A stretch of DNA of 64,000 nucleotides from an uncultured Candidatus Altimarinota bacterium. GTDB taxonomy: Bacteria > Patescibacteriota > Gracilibacteria > BD1-5 > JAGOOR01. The notes beneath the pieces are model-generated. The model saw only the letters and a list, made by a program, of their open reading frames with translations, made no database searches and was not told where the DNA came from. The stretch spans positions 60,205 through 124,204 of the forward strand of contig CALEVN010000027.1 in assembly GCA_937924685.1 (NCBI GenBank). Reading direction: 5' to 3'. The first letter of the stretch is position 1; every line of letters starts with the position of its first letter. A program made the position numbers and the translations under genes. Positions 1 to 11,735 of this stretch are shown in pieces.

Positions 1-721
1 TCCCCATCTCTGTTTTTGTGAGCCATGTTCGGAATTGTTTTTTTCGGGCTTCGATTTCTGTAGCTGATTTTCCTGCTCACTGTAATTTTTCTTCTATTCC
101 TTTCCAGCCAGATTGAAATTTTTCTTCTATATTTCTGAGACTTACTTCAGCATCTGGGTGAAGATTAGGTAATCGTCTTGATATGAAATTCTCAACCGGA
201 CTCTCTATATACTCTTGCATTATTTGAAGAGCTACGAGATAGGCGAGGGTCTTCTTTCCAGAGATTTCATGTATTACTCTTCCGATATCTTCTGTGGTTC
301 TTGCAAATTCCATGATACTTCCGATGAGACTTTCCCACTTGTCTTTATCTTTTTCTACATTTTTTATATCTCCATGCGCTCGTCATTTGAGGTGGAGATA
401 TTGGATTTTGAGATTTAAGAAGATTTTTTCTAGACTATCTATTTCTCATTCTGTTTTTTTCTTTGTCACGTCATCAAGATCGTCTGGAGAAATAGATCAG
501 AGCGCAGACCTCAATTCTTTTATATCCAGGGACATAAGGAGCTCAAAATGTCTCTGAAATTTTGAAATTTCATTCTCATCGCGTTCTTCACCTACTACTG
601 ATAATACCTCGCGAAAAACAATACGATTTTTTTCGTTTTTATTTTGTTCTATACTATCGTTTGGCTTTTCTTTTTCAGCCAATTCATTTATTCCTCATTT
701 TCATTTCTTTAGTTCAGCCAT
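1..721 (-). CDS. hypothetical protein, 5' portion (continues past the left edge); last visible gene of the ORFan cluster
   Basis: ATG at 721..719, 3 nt after the TAA of the upstream gene. Track fragments 497..682 and 77..313 share this frame. The only in-frame stops down to nt 2 are TGA (near 701, 695, 497, 446, 383, 77). Lys/Glu-rich; no motif recognised. Confidence 0.55.
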
Positions 722-724
722 AAA

Positions 725-2893
725 TTATTTTTTTCATTTCTTCTTTCTTTTTATGTCTACATCTGGTCGTATATGTTCATCGATATTCTCTCTTATTGAA
801 TGAAGATGCTCAATGATTAGATTCATATCACTTCTGGCGTCAAAACTGCTTCGCATTTCATCTAATCGAGCTCTTACTGGATCACTAGAGTTAATTCTCT
901 CACTTATTTGATCCATTTGTGACTGTATTCGTTCCACAGTTCTACTTATTTCTTCTGCTGTTTCTGGTTTTGATAATTGTTCAGTTGTCAAATCTCAGAC
1001 TTTTTTTTGGAGTCATCTTATTTCATCTTCTGTCTTGCCAATCCTCTCTGTCACATCTGATTTTTTTAGATATTGTAATTCTTTTTTTAACGCTTCGATT
1101 TCTTCCATTAAATCTTTGCTTTCTTCAGGCGTCCCCATTTTCTGCTTTAATTCTTCTATTCGCTGTTCTTGTTCTTCTATTTTTTTTGAGGCTTTTGATT
1201 GTATTCTTGAATTTAGCCAACCAGAACTACCAGGAATTACTATATTTAAAAATTTTAAGTATTTTCTATATTTTCCTGGTTCAAAATTTCTATTAATACT
1301 GGAATGTATTGAATACCCCTGAGTTAACATCTCTACTATTTTTACAAGAAGACCAACATACAATACCCATCTCCACTTACTTTCTAATAAAGTGTTTATT
1401 TTGGATTTTCATTTATCCCATAACTCACTCATCTCTTCGTAGGCAATAGCTGCACTTCTATCTGTTAAGCTAATTTCTTTTAAATTTGCGAGTATATTTC
1501 ATGTTTCTTCTATAGCTTTGTTTTCTATTTTTGCTTTTATTGTTCCAGAATCTGGTTCAAAATTGTGAGTTGCAAAAAATTGTTCAATGTATATCAATAG
1601 AGCAAATTCAGATATTTTAGTGTCCATTTTTTCATCTCATGCCTCATTCTGCATAACAGATTTAAGCTTTAATATATCTTCAGTAGTTGCATGAGATTTC
1701 CATATCTCTCAGAATTTTTTTTCTAAGGTTTCATCATTTAAAACAGCGTGTAAATTAACTCAAAAAATAACACCATTTTTCGTATCTATATTTTTTTGAT
1801 CTAGTATTGTTTCGATGAGTTTTTTTTCAGCTGGAGTTTCACCAGGAAGTATAGGTCTGACATCGTGGGCAGTCGATAACCAAGCATCATTAAGTAGGTA
1901 TTTTATAACCTTATCTGTATTGATTGTTTTTCTTTCTTCTTCACTTATTTTGAGAAAATCTAGAGTTGAGCTTATGAGATCTTTTGTTGTCCCAGTCATC
2001 ATTTCTTTCCCTTCGGCTCATAATTTTTCTATATCTTCTCACTCGGACTTATCTTTTTTTCATAGCCATCACATAAGTTTGTCTCACCATCATGAACTAT
2101 TTCAGGCGGATTTTGCAATTCTTTTTGCTATATCTCCAGATTTTTTCATTTTGGTTGTTATTAGTGTGCCCAATAGTTCTGAAAAGGGTAATTCCATGAA
2201 ATACCTATTTCTCTCTTCTGGAGACTTTCAAAGAGCATTTTCCATGAGTGGTAATAATGGATTCTCTGCTTCTTCTGAGAGTCGAACTATTTTTTCTAAA
2301 TCATTTCGAGCTATTCGTTCTTTTTGAGTTGTTAATATCATTATTAACATTACACATGCTGCTAAATTATATCTACTATTTTCGGAATCATTGCTTGTAT
2401 CTTGTCTCTCTGGCAGTATCAATTTTTGTAGTGCTTTTCATTTTTCTAAATCATTTCATCCAGATAATCCGTAAACTTGTCCTATATTATATTTTTGGAT
2501 ATTGAGTTGATTTATCAGCTTTGCGAAATGTGAATTGAGAGTTTTGAGTTGAATCTCATTTCATTCAAAAAATTCTTTATTCATCTGATTTTTCTCGAGA
2601 GCATGATACAGTAAAAGTGGCTTTACCTCAGATTCAAGAAGGGCAGTATTTTCTACATTGTCTGCCAAATCTTCTAATGCTTTTCTGATATCAATATTTT
2701 GAGTATTAATTTTTTCTTTATATTTTTGATAAATTCTAAAAAATCCCTCCCTGTCAGAGGCAGTCATTTTTGCTGTATTGATTTTCCCAATTAATATTGA
2801 TAAAAAATCTTTTTCTCTAGGATCAATTTCTTTTAGATTAATCAATTCTGTAGTTACACTTTTTACTGCATTACTTTCAGCATTTCTGGACAT
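725..2893 (-). CDS. hypothetical 722-aa Lys/Glu-rich, partly coiled-coil protein (ORFan cluster)
   Basis: Track fragments 2561..2893, 2228..2422, 1760..2002, 1013..1363 and 734..991 lie in one frame and each ends in TGA. Codon-by-codon translation of the gaps finds no TAA/TAG until TAA 725..727. One hydrophobic stretch (VLYVGLLVKIVEML). No family recognised. Confidence 0.65.
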
Positions 2894-2897
2894 AGAT

Positions 2898-4907
2898 TTA
2901 ATTAAAAGTTTTTGACCCCCACTCTATAAGAGGTATGATTTTGTTCATTTCTTCTTGATCTTCGAGAGTGATAGACCCTATTCTAATCTTATTCACATCT
3001 AAATTGAACTCGTTCCCATTAACAATTTGTTCTAATTCTTTCTTTGTGTCTATAAAGTCTTTTTCGCCCGCCTGAAGATTTTCAAGTATTTCTCGTGCCC
3101 ATTTGTAGGATCGAGATCTATTATTTTTATCTATAAATATATTATCTTGTTCATCTATTTTTGGATGAGTTGTATCTGCTGGTCTTCTCTCAGAATTCAG
3201 GAGAAGAGAAAGTTTCCTGATACATATCTCACCCAATGCTCTTGCGATAAGAGGTGATAATACTTCCTTGTGTTTCGTTTTGTCGAAACCATTTGATGTG
3301 ATAATTCTTTCTATCTCTCATTGAATAGCTCCAACTTGAATACCTTTTTTAATAAACTCTTTCATCTTTGTGTCGATGGGTAAAAGAGCGTCATAGAGGT
3401 TGTCTATCTTATCATTTGTGGCATCTAATTGTGTCGGCTTTCTGGCTGCTATACTTTTTTCTGTTACAAGCATTTTTTGCATTGTTTCTGATAACTCCGT
3501 GTATCATTTTACCTTATTTGGATCTGTGATATCTATAGGAGGTATATCTGTGAGTCTTTTTGTCTTTAATTTATCGAGACTTACGAGAGCGTCTTTTGGT
3601 CATTTTTTCTCTAAATCTCCTAGTATAGGATTAAATTGAGCATCAAGTGAAGATGGTATTTTTGCTCGGAGAGCTTGAACTTTATCATTTCTGTAAGACA
3701 AAACTTCTGGACTTACTGATGGACGGTTTGATGGATTATTTGGAGGTGTATTATTTGGAGCATGGGGTGCTTGTGGAGCTGTATTGTTCGATGGTTTCGG
3801 CATGAGAACGCCTATTATTCCACCTCGAATCATATCTTTGGCTTTGTTGCCTACTTTTAGTATATCTTCTCCCATAGCCTTTCCTGTCCTCTTCATATCA
3901 AAACCATTTTGTACATAACGAGTTCCTGCCCAGCCTATTCCAGCGAGAAGGCCTAATCCAACAAGCGCATCAGTGACGGCTCGGAATGCACGAGATGGTG
4001 CTGTTAGAGCATCAAAAAATCCGCCAATTATTCCCCGTTTTTTTTCTGGATTTGCATGAGTTTCTGGGTGTTCTGGGTGAGCTTCTGGATGAGCAGTGCC
4101 TCCTCCGGCTGGTGCCGGATGGGGATGTTTGTGCTCTTTGTGCTCTCCTTTAAAGAGTCCGAAGAGTGATTTTATACCAATGGCCAATGCTGCAACTCCA
4201 ACGACCGACTGAATAGGATGGTCGACGAGTTGATAGGTAATAGCATTGTATCCAAAGGTATCCTGAATAAAGTTTCCACTTGAAAGTCATGAATTGTTCT
4301 TACTTTGTGATGGTGTATTGACTTTGATTGAGAGGTCTCTGAGTCATTTCTGAGTTCTTGCTGAGAGGCTCTGAGGCGTATTTGCGAGCTGTTGTTGAGC
4401 TTGTTGGAGTTGATGTTCGACTCCATCGATGATCGGTTTCGCCTTTTCAGGAGTATCGAGGCCGAGATGCTTCAAGAACTTCTTTTCGTCTTGACCAGCA
4501 GGATATGTCCAGTTTGCAGGGGTGTCTTTGAGCACTACTACATCTTTGTTCCCCATTTTTTCTATCTTGAGGTGTATTCATTGGATTTTTAATACTTCGA
4601 GGATCACTACCCGAGCCTGATTCATGATGGCTTTCATGCCGAGAGCATCGAGCTGTAATTCTGGTGCTTTTTCTATTGTTTTTATTGCATCGAGAAACTC
4701 CGTACATGCAACAGGGCCTCTCTGTATATCATCCAAGAGGAAATCTGACATTTCTTTTGTGGCACTTTCCATCTTCAGACGCTCTTTCACTGTTTCAGGT
4801 TTATCAGCATTTGCTTCTTGTTTGAGAGCTTGTAAGTCCGCTTTTACATCACGTCATCCGGTGACTTTTTTTTCGAATATTTTTTCGTATTTTGGAGGTG
4901 TAGGCAT
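2898..4907 (-). CDS. hypothetical 669-aa membrane-associated protein with a His/Pro-rich loop (ORFan cluster)
   Basis: Fragments 4578..4790, 4344..4556, 3600..4187 and 2898..3236 share one frame and are joined only through TGA. ATG 4907, TAA 2898. Gly-rich hydrophobic segments (VVGVAALAIGIKSLFGLF and LVGLGLLAGIGWAG) bracket KGEHKEHKHPHPAPAGGGTAHPEAHPEHPETHANPEKK. A Pro/Asn-rich linker follows. Confidence 0.65.
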
Positions 4908-4916
4908 AAAAGAAAA

Positions 4917-7217
4917 TTAACGTGTGTAATAAGCTCCGTCCATTACCATCTCAGATGATTGGTATACGTTTGATGAGCCAACTTTTGAGAGAATACAGTA
5001 ACAAGCGTGTCACTCAGGAGGAGGATTTTTGGTATCGACTACTCTGATGAGGTATCGACCATTTTCTCTGATAAACTTATACTCTAAATCACCAGCACTG
5101 AGATCCCAAGAGGGGAGTATGATTTTTTCGTTCCATCCCGGAAGGGTATATTCAAAAGTATTTTTTCCTGATGTGTATGGAGGTATTCCTGTGAGCACGC
5201 TAAGGGACTTATTCTCAAAATCTTTCGGTATGTCTTCGACTTTTCTATCTTTATCAACGAATTTCATTTTCATTTCTTGGAGTTTTGGTCCAAATATATT
5301 AAACCTCTTTTCGTCTGGTATTTTATTGATATTTTTACCATAAAATTTTGCAAGATATGCCTGGAGAGTTTCGTGTGATCCTGGCTCAATCAATGCTTCT
5401 GGAAATACACTTTCTTTATTTGCTTGATTTGATTCGAGAGCACGAGCACGAGCGATATCTTTTCGTCGATAGTACACTTCTCGGTAGATAGCTTTATATG
5501 ATGCGAGTACTCCACCTGTGATTTTTTCATTATTTCCGATAGTGAGCGTACTGATGCTATCAATAGCATTTGGATGGTATTCAAAGTTTTGGAAAAAGTC
5601 TTTCGCATCCACTCTCTCTCAGAACGGTTTCTCATTGCTGTCTTTCTCTGGTTTGAGATGTGTCCAGAGTGAGAGATATGAAGGAAATACGTCTTTCTGG
5701 AAATCAGGAACGGTTTTTTCAAACCCTCTCCAGGCTCTATTTTTATCATTTTCTGATTGATTTGGGTCGACACGTTCGAGGACAGAATTTTCTATAGCAT
5801 TACCCATGACATTACTACCGATGCTCATAGCTGCGAGAGCACCTATGACACCGACAGTTCGCTTGAACCATCCGAGATGTACATCGTGATGTTCTCACTT
5901 TTTGTCATCACCGCCATGATCATGATCGCCGAGGATTTTTTCTGGTAGTTTCCATGCTAGATATCCGAGAGCAATGATGGCGAGTACAGCTCCAGCACCA
6001 CCAAACCTCTTACCGGCTTCTCCGATTGGATGTCGTACGAAATCTGCCCATTCTTTTGTAGAAGAGGGAAGTTTTCATTTTACTCTTTCTTTATCATATT
6101 TTGTGACTGAATTGATCGTGAGAGCGAGCGTATCTGCTATACCAGCTTGTGCGAATTGTTTTGCGTCGTCTTGTGCTTTTCAAATTGTGCCCACATCGAC
6201 TGGGTTTTGCTTTCCCTGTGCGAGGTATGAGAGTATGAGTGATTTATTTTGTGGAGCTATTCCTCGGTGAGAGAGGACATTTTGAGCATTGAATACTTTT
6301 TGGCCCGTCATATTGTCCGTTACTCCGGGCGTAAAGAGCGACTGAGCTATATCGATCTGGCTGGTTGGAGATTGGCTTACCGATGTATATGCCATAAATC
6401 CACGAAGTGTCTCACTTGAGATCATGTGATCAGCTCACGATGCATTGATTCCACCCCAGTTTTTCTTGAGATTTTCGCCGGCTGATGGCTCAAAGTCGAC
6501 TTTTACTTTTCCATTTGCATCGATATAGGGGATGACTCCGTGTCGTAGGAGTTCTCCGATGAGTATATAGTTCAACATGCGTTCGACGAAATCTGCCTCA
6601 GGCGCGACCTCCGGAGGAAGCAGGTTGAGGACTTCTTTGATTTCTTTGCGAGAAAGGGCGAAACTAGCAGGACTATCTATCATGCTCGATTTTTTTCTTT
6701 CCATATCTTCGATTTCTTCTATGACTTTTTTCTCTTTTTCGCCATCGACTATTTTTTCTGCGAGAAGTTTTTTGAGACCAGAGAGGTTTTGAGTTGTTTG
6801 TTCGACTACTTTTTCACCTGCTACTGCTTTTTTTGTTTCTTTGACAGCTTCTTTTTTCTTTTTTGTTTTTTCTGGATTTTGAGATTGTTCGATCATGTAG
6901 AATGCGACAGAACTATTTGTAACTCCATCATCGAGTTCATCATTTGATACCTTTAATAGTGTTGGATTATTCTTCTTGAGATATGTGTATACGTCTTCGT
7001 AGAATGGATGTCCAGTAGGGAAGCCTAGTCCTTCACCAAATGGTGTCTCACGATGGTTATCGAGAGGTGGTTGGAGTTTGTAGTTCTTCTTCATGAGCTT
7101 ATTGACAGCATCAACGAAGTTTTGCTTCAGTGTATCGTCGAGAATCGCAAAGTTATGGGCTGATTCTTGTCGATTGAACCCTTGGTTTTCTCATTCATTT
7201 GGGCGGCGAGGAGACAT
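4917..7217 (-). CDS. hypothetical ~766-aa membrane-associated protein with a His/Asp loop (ORFan cluster)
   Basis: Fragments 6435..7094, 6180..6425, 5619..5828 and 5010..5612 share one frame and all end in TGA. TAA at 4917. With UGA as sense the frame is open up to 7310, and the first ATG is 7217 (TATAAT 9 nt upstream). ATG 7094 is the alternative start. Helices GGAGAVLAIIALGYLAW and VGVIGALAAMSIGSNVMG flank DHDHGGDDKKGEHHDVH. Confidence 0.6.
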
Positions 7218-7340
7218 AGAGAGGATATTATACTTAGTAATTCTCTCATACTTTTTTATGAAAAGCAAAAAAACGTCCTGTATTTCTCGAATGAGTTCTA
7301 ATTTCCTACCCTAGACTTATCATTATTTATGTATTTATAT

Positions 7341-7372
7341 AAAAAACTCATCAGAAATTGATGAGTTTTTTG
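7341..7372 (-). terminator. rho-independent terminator (bidirectional hairpin) ending the upstream half of the ORFan cluster
   Basis: Perfect 8-bp stem actcatca / tgatgagt with a 5-nt loop, flanked by A6 on one side and T6 on the other. It sits about 16 nt downstream of the TAA at 7388. A 170-290 nt non-coding gap follows. Confidence 0.7.
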
Positions 7373-7387
7373 ATTTTTTAACGGTGA

Positions 7388-9340
7388 TTATGGGTGTGGA
7401 GTTCCGTGAGATCCAGTTCCATGTGGGGCTGGTGTTGCGTGGCCTGAAGGGGCAGGGATTGTGACAGGGGCAGGTGAAGTATCACCGAGCTTTCTCTTTA
7501 TAGTTGCGAGAGCTGTCAATGCATCTTGTACGAGATTGAGATGTTCTACATGAGCGAGTTCGTCCTGCATTTTTTTCAATTCTTTTTCTGCTTTTTTTGG
7601 ATCATCCATCATGGTTGCATTTGTAATTTTTGGGTCTATACCGTCTTTCAGATTCTTGATGAGATCATCGAGCCCGTGGACAAAATGCTCTAATTCGTGT
7701 CGTGCATCCTCAATTGTTCGAACAGAGGCTTGATAGTCCTGAATTTTTACTGATCATGCTCTCTTCGCGGCTGCGATTTGTGGTAATCTCGCACTGAGCG
7801 CTGCTATTTCTGCTGTTATTCCATCTATTTCTTGTTTGTTATGTTCTATTTCTACTTCTTTTGCCGCTTTTGCACTTACTGTTGGATTGCTTCAGCCCTG
7901 TTGAGCTTGCTCTATTTTTCGAGCATTAATTTTTACCTCTTTTTCTTTTGCAGCAATTTCTCCTGGTGTTCAAACTCTTCTTAAGAGCCATCATTTTCTT
8001 TGTTTGAGGTCTTCCAGCTCTTTTGCAAGACTTGCCTCTTCTGCTTCGAGAGTGAGGAGCTCGGTACTTTTTGTGGCTAATTCAGTAGTCGTTAGCGCAC
8101 CCAATTCACTAGTGAGTCTTATTTTTTCTGTTCTGAGGGTCGCTAACTCAGTTTTTTTAGCGGCTAATTCAGTAGTCACGTGACGCTCTTCTGAAACTGC
8201 ATAGTTATAGTCGTCATCGAGAGTTCAGAGGAGTCTATCCCTTTCTTCATCTATTTTTTTTATATCTACCAATATATGATCTGCTGCTTTTTTTATTGCT
8301 TCTACTGACTTTAATGTCTGTTCGAGTTTTGGTTTATTTTTTTTATTTTTGAGTTTTGTTGGGATCTTTTTTACATCTCATGCCCATCGTGTTCCTGGTG
8401 TTTGAAAAGCATTTAGAAGTGCAAAAATAAGGAGTATGCTGAGCATTTCCAATCATTTCTTTTCCAATCCCCATACAGTCCCATCCGTGTCATCCTGTGC
8501 CTCATCGAGTAATCTCGCTATGGTATGATAGAGATCTGCTTTGCTCTGGAAAGTCCCAAGTCATGGAGATGTCTGTGGAAATGGTTTGTTTGGATCAATG
8601 CCAAATGATTGTAGAAATCTCTGTTCGAGAATAGGATCACGCCCCATGTGCTTTATCACACTCGGGAGATCTTTGATGCTGGCTATTACCTTGTCAGCAT
8701 CTTCCGCAGCAAAATTTGTTTTAAACCGATCATTGATATTTTCGAGCCATCCTTCTGTGAGCCAGAGTTTTCGAATAAGAGTTGTAGGGGCATTGCCACG
8801 TTTTACACAGGCAGCAAAATTATCGACTGATTCTGTGAGTTCACGTTCGGCATCAGCGAAGGCACGAGCCTCGAGGTCGTATATGCTGGCTCTGACTTTC
8901 TTGAGTGCTTCATCTTGAGAAGTTGATCAATTATCTCCTCGTATATCAGCTCCGAGATTGCCTGAGAGGCTTTCGTGAAGTTCTTCGGCAGCCGTGATGT
9001 CGTCGCCAGCCACACTGATTCCTCCACCGATTCATCCGACTTGCCGAATGAGAGCGCCCAGCTCGCCTGGAGAATAGTCTTGTAATGCCTTCAAATCTGC
9101 TACGAGATTTGCTGTTGCTCTTCTAAATTCATTATTTTGTCAGTTTGTTGCCCAAGAATGAATCTTATGAACCAGTCCACTTCCTCCAAGTGTTGAAGCA
9201 AGCAGGATAATGGTGACTTTTTTATTGAATTTTTCTCGTAATTTCTGGAGCATGCTTTTGTGTTCATGATTTGATGCATCATGTGATTCTGATGGTGCAG
9301 CTGGATTTGCTGGATGTGGGTGGTGGTGTGAGTCAGACAT
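7388..9340 (-). CDS. hypothetical 650-aa His-rich coiled-coil membrane protein (ORFan cluster)
   Basis: Fragments 9140..9340, 7991..8179 and 7388..7612 share one frame. I translated 9142 down to 7612 codon by codon and found only TGA interruptions. TAA at 7388. The N-terminus is MSDSHHHPHPANPAAPSESHDASNHEHK. Hydrophobic segments are VTIILLASTLGG and MLSILLIFALLNAF. There is a long coiled coil with TTELA.K.TEL.TL repeats. The C-terminus is PAPSGHATPAPHGTGSHGTPHP. Confidence 0.7.
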
Positions 9341-9350
9341 AGCACAATAA

Positions 9351-10115
9351 TTAGAAAGTAGGCGATAGTGTCACGGTATTCTTCTCTAGTGTATGATACG
9401 TGTGCATCAATTGCATACCGAGGTTACCGATATGTATCGTCGAGAGGGCGAGTATATGAGAGTGTTCTTTGGCAAATGATGTCGCTATTCATCTCAGTCA
9501 TGTGATCGTATCAGGTGGTGTTGTTGGATTGAGAGTTGAAGTCAGTGTTTGGAGATATGACTCCTCTCTCTGTATTGTTGATGCGAGTGTGTGTATTTGT
9601 CTTTGTGTTACCTCTAGACCTGCGTGTTGCATTTCTAGTACATGAGCTTTCTGATTTTGGGCTGCGAGTGTTTTAGCGAGCGTCTCGTATGATTTTTTTA
9701 AAGAAGCTTTTTTTCCTGGAAAACTCCAAAACTTTTTGTGTGCTATTTCACCATGAAGTTTCTGCATATTTTCCTGTGTTGTGCTTCTCTCTCTTTCTAG
9801 AGCAATTTGTGCTGATTTTATCAGAAGAAGACGATCCTTTATAGTTTTTTCTATATATTCACGGACACTCTTTAGGTACTCGAGATGTGCTTTTGTTTCT
9901 TCTACCTTGTCGTTTGCACGTCAGATATTTTTGCGAGCATGTTCTTTGATGGCTTTGCTGAGTCTCACAAATGGGGAACTCAATTTTTGTCCTAAAATAT
10001 CAACTAATTGGCCAGCACGACGACGTAAATTTTGACCTATTTCTCCATAAGACTTAGAAGAATTATGTTCTTCTGGAAGACTATTTAAAGATGTGGGTAG
10101 AGCAGCAGTCGTCAT
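9351..10115 (-). CDS. hypothetical 254-aa coiled-coil protein (ORFan cluster)
   Basis: Fragments 9921..10115 and 9498..9767 are in frame and joined through TGA. Read-through of TGA 9498 continues to TAA 9351, leaving a 10-nt gap before the next ATG (9340). That gap matches the tight spacing elsewhere in the cluster. The last ~50 aa are less certain. Confidence 0.55.
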
Positions 10116-10127
10116 TGTTTTATAACA

Positions 10128-11618
10128 TTATGATATTTTTGAAAGGGGAGAAGTGTTTGAACTTGCGATTCATTTCCAATAATCGTCTGTTGTTCCATTG
10201 AGTTTTCCGAGTAGTTCTTCTTGTTTGAGAATATCAGAAACAACTTTTTCGTATCCATCTTTTGTCTTTGCTGTGAATATAGATGCGCCTGTTTTTCCTG
10301 GTTCTCGGAGATAGCCTATGAGGGATTCTTTGAGTAGTTTTTTTGCTTCCTCTGTAATATTTGTTTTACTATCGATCGCTTTTTCTACTCTTGCGTAGAC
10401 TTTATCAAAAGCGAGAGGGAAGTAGACCTTGAGTGTATCCTGGAGACCAACAAGAGTGTATTCATGTAATTTTGTAGGTTCGAAATCTGCTTTTTTGTCT
10501 TTCTCGTCTAATTTTGTTTCGCCTATCTTGGTAGTTATTGCTGTTATTGATTTTTCTGCGACTGTTTTGAGGATTTTTCCAGCTTCTTCTGGTTTCTTGT
10601 CCCCAGCTTTGTCATAATTGTCTTTTTGTGCTAGATATTCTGTTTTGAGCTTTTCTGCTACGCTAGATTCTTTTGTTCCAAGGACTGTTTCAGATGAAGA
10701 TTTGATGCTATTAAATGCGGTGATATCTTCTGGTTTTGCTTCGATTTTTTCAGTTTTACCTCCGTCGAGTGCTATCTCAATTGTATTATTGATTGTTGGA
10801 GCTTCTGGTGTTGTCGGAGTTTCTACGGGTGGAGTGACTACTGGCTTCTCTTCTACGCTAAAGTTAAAGATATCGGCAATATTTTTTGGATCAGAGAGTG
10901 TTGCATAGTGATCTCTGGCTGCATCAAATTTAGTCACGAGGTCTGCAGGGGGTGTCCGACGACTCATACCGCCCATATATTCGAGAAAATCAATTCATTT
11001 ATCTGCAGGTATTTTGAGCTTTGCGAGGTGTTCGACAGTATATTGGCCTATCTTATCACGTTGTTTTCCAGATTCTGGAACATCAACTCCGAGGGATTTG
11101 ACGACGTCTGCCATTTTTTTCCCATCGATATCTTCTCATTCAAATAGATCCTCTTCATTGAAACTGTATCCATCACGCCAGTATGATTCAATAATATCTT
11201 TTAAACTTGGGAAAATTGTTGCTAACATTTTTTGCATGTTCCATTTTTTTGATCATGTTTTTGCCATGTCATTTCCTTCTGTTCCTGTTGGTGTTGTTCA
11301 TCCATTTTCTCCTTCTGTTGGTGTTGGAGGCGTAGCTACAGGGGTTTTGCTTTTTTCAGCAGCACTTGTGACAGCCTCATCTACTTCGCTATCTTCGAGT
11401 TTTCCATCTTTTTTTTCACCATTTGTATTATCTTCAGCCTGAATTTTTAATTCTTCAAGGAGGTGTTTTTTGAAATCACCAATTCTCTCTTCCGTGTAAT
11501 CTGTTATAGCATCGCTTGTTTTTTGCTTCAGCGCTTCTTTTTGCGCAGGAGTCATCTGTACTTCTTTCTCAGCTTCCTTGACGATAGCATCGACATGTTC
11601 TGGGTTGGTGAGTGGCAT
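10128..11618 (-). CDS. hypothetical 496-aa acidic, Pro/Thr-linker protein (ORFan cluster)
   Basis: Fragments 11298..11618 and 10170..10976 are in frame. The gap 11297..10977 was hand-translated and contains only TGA interruptions. TAA at 10128. No motif recognised. Confidence 0.65.
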
Positions 11619-11638
11619 AAAAGAGTGGTTACTGTACT

Positions 11639-11667
11639 AGGATACCAGACTCTTTTTTATATTGCAA
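11639..11667 (-). promoter_or_regulatory. putative sigma70-type promoter for 10128..11618
   Basis: On the minus strand: TTGCAA (11667..11662), a 17-nt spacer, then TATCCT (11644..11639). It shares the extended motif AAATATTTGCA with the promoters at 14818 and 61965. Confidence 0.4.
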
Positions 11668-11735
11668 ATATTTAACTTATTATTTTTAGGTACTCAAAAA
11701 ATCTCCTTATCTACACTTTTTTCAATAGAAATACC

